Origin: an uncultured Acidobacteriota bacterium
GTDB taxonomy: Bacteria > Acidobacteriota > Thermoanaerobaculia > UBA5066 > Gp7-AA6
Length of the DNA stretch: 64,000 bases
Direction: 5' to 3'
NCBI GenBank assembly: GCA_963708395.1
Contig: CAVPSG010000002.1
Span: 69,100 to 133,099, forward strand
The notes beneath the pieces are model-generated. The model did no database searches, was not told the origin of the DNA, and was given only the letters and a program-made list of their open reading frames with translations. The translations under genes were made by a program, and so were the position numbers. Shown in pieces: positions 58,191 through 64,000 of the stretch. Numbering within the stretch: position 1 is the stretch's first letter; each line of letters begins with the position of its first letter.

Positions 58191-58404
58191 TGAGGTGTCC
58201 TTCTCTTCTTTGTGTTACTCGAGTCAGGACGGTGGGCCAGCATACTGGTCTCCGTCCTTCCTGCTACGCTCCGAAAGCAATTGGAGCCCCGTCGGCACCT
58301 ATTCACCTCCTTCAGACAGGAGGCAATGTACCGACCGGTGGGGTCGCAAGTCTGAAGGAGGAGTTCCGGAATCGTTCCGGACTCGTTCGGCGCAAGAGTC
58401 GGAT

Positions 58405-58480
58405 GGGGTCAGTCCTGACTTGCTGACTTGAGCCCGGAGCGCGACCGCCCTCGCGAAGTCAACAACTCAGGACTGACCCC
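58405..58480 (+). repeat. family B element (variant core)
   Basis: GGGGTCAGTCCTGACTTGCTGACTTGAGCCCGGAGCGCGACCGCCCTCGCGAAGTCAACAACTCAGGACTGACCCC, between the two minus-strand genes. Confidence 0.85.
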
Positions 58481-58488
58481 ATCCGAAT

Positions 58489-60336
58489 TTACCGAGGAGT
58501 CCCCCTCTCCCAGGTGAGCGTGAGCTGCCCGTAGATCGGGAACGGTTGTGCGTCGTCTACCGAGAACGGCGTGTTGCCGCGCAGCGTGTCCACCGGAACC
58601 TTGACGACCTCAGTGTCGTGGACGCTGTGGGCGACCGGGGCGTCGTAGCGATCGGTCAGGACGCCTCTCGCCAGGAGCGCGGCTCCGACTCCGAGACTCG
58701 TCACACCACTCTCGATCTCTTTCCCGAGATACAGCTGTCCAGCGCGAGAGTCCATCTTCTTCAGACCGTCGCGGTCGACGACGAGATCGTGCTTCGCGGG
58801 CAGATCCCCGCGCGTGGTGGTGTTCCCGTTCATCGCCACCACAACGGACACGGCGTCTCCTCCGACGTTGACGACCTGGACCGCCACGCCCGATCGGACC
58901 GTGAAGTGGAAGGTCGCGATCAGACGGTCGGACGGACTGTTTCGTGGCGACGGCGGCCGGACGGTGTAGCTGAAGGCGTGAACGCCCGTGAACGCCTTGG
59001 GAAGAATGGTGGGATGCGCCTCGACTCTCGCCGAGTTCAAGGGAACCTTGTCCGCCTCTTCGAGAAGGTGATCGATCATCCCCACGCTGACGACGCCACC
59101 CGGTCCCCCGGGCCACCGCTGGCTCACCAGGTAGGGGCGCCCGATCACGGTCGACGTCGTCTCCTGGTCGGATGCCGCCCTGGCGACCGCGAGCAACAGC
59201 GGCGGATGGATCTCGGTGTGAAAATCCGGATGCCCGGTGTCGACGATCCAACGCCCGAAAACAGCCACCCGATCGCCCGTCTTGACGCGGTAGGGCCCCG
59301 GAATCAGGCGGTTCTCCATCTCGACGCCCAGCGTATTCACGAGGTCCAGACCGAAGACGTCCTTCGCGATCTTCACGGAAGTCGCGTACTCGGGATGCGT
59401 GAAAGGCGCCGGCGCCGGGGGCGCTGCGAGTGATTGATACGGCGGGTCCGGCGCGATGTAGAACTCCCAATCCGTTCCAAACGGGTGGGTGAACGGCACG
59501 TCGGCTCCCGACATCCCGTCCTGCCCGTCCGTCATGATGATTGCCCGGCCGCAGGCTCCCACCACGTCGACCTCGTAGTCCTCGTCCGGGTTCAGAATCT
59601 GAGTCCACTCGTTCTTCGAGTAGTCGGGGCTCGAAAAGACACGTGTGTACGGAATGACGTTGACGTCTTTCCAGTCCGGGAACATCGTCTTCCCGTTCAC
59701 CACGCCGCTCGCCCAATGCGGCCACGCCTGTTTCGACGTGTCGAACGGGGGATTCTTGTAAGTGGTCTCGAGGACGGAAGCCGGCGTACCGGTTTCGGTG
59801 TGGTTCCGGACGGCGCCCATGCCACCACCCGTTCGCGGGCCCGCATGGGGAGGTATCGGGGGCGACAGCACGGCCGTCGAGTTGACGGGCGAGCCGGCCG
59901 CCCGCGCGCGCTCCCAATGTCCGGCCACGAAGGTTCCGTTCTCCATCCGATTTCGCGCCCAGACGAAGCCTCTCGCGTCCTTGCCCACGAACACCGAAAC
60001 GTATGCGGCTTTCTTGTCGAAGCTCAGCTTCGAGAGGTCGGGACGGTCTTCGAGCAGATCCACGGAAACCCCGTAGCCGCCGTTGTCGTCCGCGTGCTCG
60101 TAGAGGACCGCCACCAGACCGCCGGGCACACGGATCGACGAGGCGACCGCGTCGAAGTCCGACAGCCGGTGCTCACCGACGCCGACGCTCTTGCTCCGGC
60201 CCTGGAAATTCTTGTTTTCGTAAAGGACGACCTGCTGAGCGACCGCCGGAGAGCACACGAGCGCTGCCGTCCCCAACACTGCTCCGGCGACGATCCTCGA
60301 GAGCCACCGCCTCTCGCTCGAAATCGGAACGCGCAC
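58489..60336 (-). CDS. secreted protein with N-terminal beta/gamma-crystallin-like domain and a large unknown domain
   Basis: 615 aa with a signal peptide. VVLYENKNFQGRSKSVGVGEHRLSDFDAVASSIRVPGGLVAVLYEHADDNGG fits the Greek-key crystallin motif (Y/F.....F.G). The remaining ~480 aa are unrecognised. Confidence 0.65.
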   Translation of the reverse strand: MRVPISSERRWLSRIVAGAVLGTAALVCSPAVAQQVVLYENKNFQGRSKSVGVGEHRLSDFDAVASSIRVPGGLVAVLYEHADDNGGYGVSVDLLEDRPDLSKLSFDKKAAYVSVFVGKDARGFVWARNRMENGTFVAGHWERARAAGSPVNSTAVLSPPIPPHAGPRTGGGMGAVRNHTETGTPASVLETTYKNPPFDTSKQAWPHWASGVVNGKTMFPDWKDVNVIPYTRVFSSPDYSKNEWTQILNPDEDYEVDVVGACGRAIIMTDGQDGMSGADVPFTHPFGTDWEFYIAPDPPYQSLAAPPAPAPFTHPEYATSVKIAKDVFGLDLVNTLGVEMENRLIPGPYRVKTGDRVAVFGRWIVDTGHPDFHTEIHPPLLLAVARAASDQETTSTVIGRPYLVSQRWPGGPGGVVSVGMIDHLLEEADKVPLNSARVEAHPTILPKAFTGVHAFSYTVRPPSPRNSPSDRLIATFHFTVRSGVAVQVVNVGGDAVSVVVAMNGNTTTRGDLPAKHDLVVDRDGLKKMDSRAGQLYLGKEIESGVTSLGVGAALLARGVLTDRYDAPVAHSVHDTEVVKVPVDTLRGNTPFSVDDAQPFPIYGQLTLTWERGTPR

Positions 60337-60546
60337 GGCCCACCTCCTTGGAAAAGAAACAACCCTTCCACTTCACTAAAGCGGAATCTCGCAGCGAAAC
60401 CGGACACCCGAGGGGTTTGTCCTGGCCTCGGTCCGCTCCCGCCCTATCCCCCCCGCCTCCCGCCCCTGTCACGCCCTGCCCGGCATCCGCCTATCTCCAA
60501 TGACCGCCGGCGACGAGGGCCGGAGGCAGAAGCAAGGGAGGCTGCA

Positions 60547-60693
60547 ATGCGGAAACTCTGGATGGCGTTGGTAACGGTCGCCGCGCTCACGATCGGCGCG
60601 GTCTTCGCGGAGGGCGTCAATAACGGAACGGCGGAAAAAAGCTGCGGAGCAGACAAATCCTGTTGCTGCTGCGCCAAGTCCTGCGAGAAGTAG
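60547..60693 (+). CDS. secreted six-cysteine peptide (48 aa precursor)
   Basis: Strong GGGAGG RBS 6 nt upstream. MRKLWMALVTVAALTIGAVFA|EGVNNGTAEKSCGADKSCCCCAKSCEK. It is hidden in the track as the tail of the antisense ORF 59434..60693. Confidence 0.55.
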   Translation: MRKLWMALVTVAALTIGAVFAEGVNNGTAEKSCGADKSCCCCAKSCEK

Positions 60694-60715
60694 CGCGTCG
60701 GTTGCACGGGCACGG

Positions 60716-61252
60716 GTGGACTCGGGCGGGCGCGAGCAGCTGCAGCGGGATCTGACCGCGCTCGCCCGAGGCGATCGCGCGGCCTTCGATCCCGTTTTCG
60801 GCCGCGTCTGGCCTCTCGTGCGCGGTTACGCGGCGCGCTGCCTGCCGTGGGAGGAGGCCGAGGACGCGGCACAAGAGGCCTTGCTGCGCGTCTTCTCTCG
60901 CGCCAGCGAGTTCGACGCCCGGCGCGACGCCCTTTCCTGGGTGCTGGGAGTTGCGGCCTGGCAAATCCGAACGCACCGCACGCGCGCGAGGCGGCGCCGG
61001 GAGGAGGACTTGTCCGCGGCCGGCGAGCGCGAGGACGCAGAGCCGTCCCCCGAAGCGGCCGCGATGGCGCGGGAATCCGAGGAGGCGCTCGAGCGCGCCC
61101 TCGCCTCCCTGCCGGCTTCCGACGCGGCGGCGCTCATGGCCTACGCCCGAGGCGAACGGCCGGATCTTCCGGGACCGACGTTCCGCAAGCGCGTCGAGAG
61201 GGCGCTCGGCCGTCTGAGGGCCCGTTGGAGGATGAACGATGGCAGCCTTTGA
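60716..61252 (+). CDS. ECF sigma factor
   Basis: 178 aa with a GTG start 22 nt after the peptide stop. Region 2 is AEDAAQEALLRVFSRASEFD...ALSWVLGVAAWQIR. Region 4 is LPASDAAALMAYARGERPDLPGPTFRKRVERALGRLR. Confidence 0.8.
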   Translation: MDSGGREQLQRDLTALARGDRAAFDPVFGRVWPLVRGYAARCLPWEEAEDAAQEALLRVFSRASEFDARRDALSWVLGVAAWQIRTHRTRARRRREEDLSAAGEREDAEPSPEAAAMARESEEALERALASLPASDAAALMAYARGERPDLPGPTFRKRVERALGRLRARWRMNDGSL

Positions 61253-61787
61253 GCTCATCGAGATTCGTCTGAAGGACGCCGCCCGCCGCGCCTACGAGCG
61301 GAGCCGGCTCGAGCGCGCTCTCCTGCGCGGAGCGGCCGTCGCGCTTCTCGCGCTGCCCGGGATCATGGTATGCCAGCGCTCCCCATTCGCGATCGCCTGT
61401 CTCGCGGGCCTCGCGCTGGTCGTCGCGGGAGGACACATGCGGGGCGAGGCGTATGCCGAGGGATCGCGCGCAGGAGCGCTCGCCGGGATCCTGCCATGCC
61501 TTCTTCCCGCGGCGATCGGCGCCATGAATCCGCAAGCCTGCATGCTTCTGATGTCCGACAGAGGTCTCTGGATCTGCGCTCTCGGCGGCGTTTCCGCGGG
61601 GCTGATTCTCGGCTGGCGCGCTCGGGACGCTCGAGGTGCGGCGTTCTGGGCGCCGGCCATCGCGGCGTTCGGGCTCGCCGCTTCGATCGGCTGCCTGCCG
61701 GCCGGCGCCGTCGGTTTCGTCGGCCTCGCGGCGGGAGTCGTCGCCGGCGGCACGCCGGTTTTCGTCGCACGGCGTCTGACGTCGTAG
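61239..61787 (+). CDS. polytopic Cys-rich membrane protein, candidate anti-sigma factor
   Basis: 182 aa, overlapping the sigma gene by 14 nt. Short cytoplasmic N-terminal helix, then 4-5 TM helices carrying 6 Cys (IMVCQRS, IACLAG, LPCLLP, QACMLL, WICALG, IGCLPAG). Confidence 0.5.
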   Translation: MAAFELIEIRLKDAARRAYERSRLERALLRGAAVALLALPGIMVCQRSPFAIACLAGLALVVAGGHMRGEAYAEGSRAGALAGILPCLLPAAIGAMNPQACMLLMSDRGLWICALGGVSAGLILGWRARDARGAAFWAPAIAAFGLAASIGCLPAGAVGFVGLAAGVVAGGTPVFVARRLTS

Positions 61788-61919
61788 CGATCTTGCGGAC
61801 CCCTTCAGGCTTGCAGGCCTGACCACAACGGAAGACCGACTTCGTCACCTCCTCCACGAGGCTCGCGGCGGACGGGAGCCGGACATCACTCCTGCTAAAG
61901 TTCGCCCCGAGACCACCAT

Positions 61920-62087
61920 TTGACACTCGCGGCGGGGACGCGACTCGGCGCGTACGAAGTCCTGGCGCCTCTCGGAGCAGGCGACTACCTCACCCCCGCC
62001 TGGCTGACGATCGATCCCAATTTCGATCCGCTGCGCTCGAATCCGCGCTTCCTGAAGCTCGTCGCCGGAGTGAAAACGAAGCCATAA
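61920..62087 (+). pseudogene. collapsed Ser/Thr kinase gene remnant
   Basis: The 55-codon frame (L)TLAAGTRLGAYEVLAPLGAG|DYLTPAWLTIDPNFDPLRSNPRFLKLVAGVKTKP* joins a kinase N-terminus (compare GTRLGPYEILSLLGTGGMG at 39012) directly to a TPR-tail-like C-terminus. The TAA lies in the left flank of repeat 62092. Confidence 0.5.
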
Positions 62088-62091
62088 CTTC

Positions 62092-62157
62092 GGGTCAGTC
62101 CTGACTTGTTGCGCTCCCCCTTCAGAACCAACAACTCAAGGAGTCAGGACTGACCCC
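62092..62157 (+). repeat. family B palindromic element (full copy)
   Basis: Near-identical to 8669..8735, including flanks. Confidence 0.9.
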
Positions 62158-62196
62158 GACGCTGCAGACCTCGGTCTCGCGATATCGTGACGCGCC

Positions 62197-62913
62197 ATGC
62201 GCCGGCCCGGCTCGAAGTTGTTGATCGCAGCGGCTCTTGCCGCGGCCAGCTGCACCAGACCTCAGGACCCCCGCTCCGAGGGCGAGCGCTTGATGGGTCA
62301 ACTCAAGGCCGCAAGCGGCGGGGCGGCGCTCGATGTGCCGGCTGGATTTCACGAAAAGGGCGACATGGTCCTCGAGGGAGTCCGCGGGACGTACGAGGGC
62401 TGGGGCGATCTGCATGCGCTCCGCAGCGTCGGCACGCACACCCTTGGCGGCCGCACCAGCACGAGCGGCTTCGATGGTCAGAAGGCGTGGTCTGTCGGCC
62501 CGGACGGCGCGGCAAAGACGGATACCTCGCCTCAGGGCCTCGCGAGCGCGCGACGAAGCACCTATCTGACCATCTCGGGATTCTTTTACCCCGACCGCTT
62601 CCCCGCGCGATTCGAATACCGCGGGCGGAAAGAGGCCGAGGGAACGATGTATGACATCGTCACGGTGACACCGGCGGACAGCCTTCCCACAGATCTGTGG
62701 CTCGACGTCCGCACGCATCGATTGCAGCGAATCGATGGCGTGGAAGGGACGACGAAGTTTGCAGGGGTGGTCAGGCGCTATGAGGTCGTGGACGGCATCT
62801 GGTGTCCGTTCGCGCTCTCACAAACCGAGGGCGATCGCCATATGACACAGGACGTCACGTCCGTCGTCTTCGAGCAGATACCTCCGGAACGGTTCGCTCC
62901 GCTCTCGAACTGA
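62197..62913 (+). CDS. lipoprotein, hypothetical
   Basis: 238 aa with lipobox LLIAAALAAASC. Beta-rich, LolA/LppX-like length. No motif recognised. Confidence 0.6.
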   Translation: MRRPGSKLLIAAALAAASCTRPQDPRSEGERLMGQLKAASGGAALDVPAGFHEKGDMVLEGVRGTYEGWGDLHALRSVGTHTLGGRTSTSGFDGQKAWSVGPDGAAKTDTSPQGLASARRSTYLTISGFFYPDRFPARFEYRGRKEAEGTMYDIVTVTPADSLPTDLWLDVRTHRLQRIDGVEGTTKFAGVVRRYEVVDGIWCPFALSQTEGDRHMTQDVTSVVFEQIPPERFAPLSN

Positions 62914-63138
62914 CCAGACCGGAGTACAGGTCCCCATCTTCACCGGGCCGCGCCGGACCCCGGATCCCCACCCGCCGCGTTGTCCGTCGATTCGGACGCG
63001 ACGACTCCGCCCTCTCTCGCCCGCTCGGCAGCCTGGAGGACCAGCTCACGACCGACGCCGAGCTCCGCAGCAAGATCGAAACTATGGTTCGGACTCTCCG
63101 GCAAAGGGCATCGGCGACTACAGCCGTCGTCCCCGCCA

Positions 63139-63224
63139 AAACGAACAACTCAACTACTCAGGACTGACACCCAACCTTTCCAGAACCACAGAACCAACAA
63201 CTCAACCAGTCAGGACTGACCCCA
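63139..63224 (+). repeat. two tandem family B right arms
   Basis: AACGAACAACTCAACTACTCAGGACTGACACCC and TTCCAGAACCACAGAACCAACAACTCAACCAGTCAGGACTGACCCC. Confidence 0.8.
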
Positions 63225-63332
63225 ACTCTTCCCTCTTCCCGCAATCTCTCTGATGGTCGCGCAGAGCCTCCCGGGCGTATGTTTGGCTCCGAGTCCACTC
63301 CGAGACGACCCTCGAATAGGGAGGTGCGCATC

Positions 63333-64000
63333 ATGAAGAAGTTCGTGCATCTGGCGGCCATGGGCAGTCGCTTGGGTTCGATCGCGAAGACTGCTCTCCC
63401 CCTGACTCTGCTCCTCGCCGCGCGTCCCGTCGTGGCGGGAGATTCTCCGGCCGTGAAGGCTCCGGATTGGGGCACGAAGTCTTTTATCATCCAGAGAGCC
63501 CACGCCTATGCCTTCGCCCCGAGCTTCTCGACACAGGGTGTCGGCGTGTTCCAGAACGGCCGGTATGCAACGACCGGTGCCGGAGCGAAGGAGTTCATCG
63601 CGCCGCTGGACCTGCCGTCGGGCGCGCGCGTCTTCTCGATCGCCTTGCTCGCCTGCGAGGACGGCACGGGAACCGTCACTGGTTCTCTCGACGAGATTGC
63701 GTTGGGAGACCTCGCGACCGTGAATCCGCTGTTATCGATCTCGACGCAATCCGGTCAGGGCTGCCAGGATCCTGGATCCATAGCACTCTCGCCGTTTACG
63801 ATCGATAATCATTTCCATCTCTATCAACTCCGCATCGTGATCAACGGTCCCGCCGGTTCCGGTCTGCGCTTTTACGACATCTCGGTCGGGTACAACCTCC
63901 AGATCAGTGCGCCGCCCGCGTCGCCCACCTTCGGAGATGTTCCCGTGACGCACACTTACTTCCGGGCGATCGAGGCTTTCGCCGCGTCCGGAATATCGGG
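63333..64000 (+). CDS. secreted protein ending in an SLH-like repeat (3' end outside window)
   Basis: Not in the ORF track because no stop falls in the window. ATG at 63333 with GGGAGG RBS. I translated all 222 codons without a stop. Signal peptide LPLTLLLAARPVVAG, ending ...SPTFGDVPVTHTYFRAIEAFAASGISG. Confidence 0.65.
   Translation, partial: MKKFVHLAAMGSRLGSIAKTALPLTLLLAARPVVAGDSPAVKAPDWGTKSFIIQRAHAYAFAPSFSTQGVGVFQNGRYATTGAGAKEFIAPLDLPSGARVFSIALLACEDGTGTVTGSLDEIALGDLATVNPLLSISTQSGQGCQDPGSIALSPFTIDNHFHLYQLRIVINGPAGSGLRFYDISVGYNLQISAPPASPTFGDVPVTHTYFRAIEAFAASGIS

Noticed and set aside
60547-60693. The six-Cys peptide as a SCIFF-type radical-SAM RiPP precursor.
   Set aside because: SCIFF peptides lack a Sec signal peptide and sit beside a radical SAM maturase. 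Here there is a clear signal peptide and no rSAM gene within the window, so the resemblance (six Cys in ~45 aa) is probably superficial.
1-64000. tRNA, rRNA, riboswitch, integrase or transposase genes.
   Set aside because: Visual inspection of all intergenic regions over 80 bp found only the palindromic repeats, one clean terminator and AT-rich promoter patches. No cloverleaf-like or rRNA-like sequence and no recombinase motifs were seen. A tRNAscan or Infernal run would be needed to exclude small RNAs formally.

Overview
A 64 kb high-GC chromosomal segment, roughly two-thirds G+C by eye. The gene content suggests a Gram-negative environmental bacterium: many Ser/Thr kinases, ECF sigma factors, secreted peptidases, SLH-like domains and a CTERM-type sorting signal. 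It resembles Acidobacteriota or Gemmatimonadota, but I cannot assign taxonomy from sequence alone. All calls come from reading the six-frame translations and the DNA by eye. No database search was run, so family names are motif-level recognitions.

Main content:
1. A tryptophan/kynurenine pathway cluster (15978-24031): TDO, KMO, kynureninase, 3-hydroxyanthranilate dioxygenase, ACMSD, a semialdehyde dehydrogenase and a RidA-type deaminase.
2. Housekeeping and accessory genes, including two S9 peptidases, an M28 peptidase, an S33 hydrolase, an aldo/keto reductase, an O-methyltransferase, a DUF748 giant protein, and PadR, AraC, XRE, MerR and ECF regulators.
3. Two paralogous secreted proteins, each with seven 'VNTYTTG' repeats and three Cys-containing SLH-like repeats. 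A third SLH-like protein starts at the window end.
4. At least four families of short GC-rich palindromic intergenic repeats at more than 25 loci. Every copy has the same orientation on the + strand, and several carry the stop codon of the neighbouring gene.
5. At least eight conserved genes interrupted by 1-nt frame breaks, mostly in homopolymer runs. Assembly indels are the likeliest cause. The Moco-oxidoreductase/cytochrome b pair carries six or more breaks and may be truly decayed.

Best candidates for undescribed biology:
- A SoxR-like 3-Cys MerR regulator with a SoxR-box promoter. It faces a secreted CCPF-motif protein and is translationally coupled to a beta-propeller/glycosyltransferase fusion.
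- A secreted six-Cys 48-aa peptide gene directly upstream of an ECF sigma factor and a Cys-rich polytopic membrane protein.
- A tightly coupled three-gene zinc-ribbon cassette in a lower-GC patch bracketed by repeats.
- A lower-GC island of secreted Cys-rich proteins with a beta/gamma-crystallin-headed 615-aa protein.

No rRNA, tRNA, CRISPR array, transposase or integrase gene was recognised.
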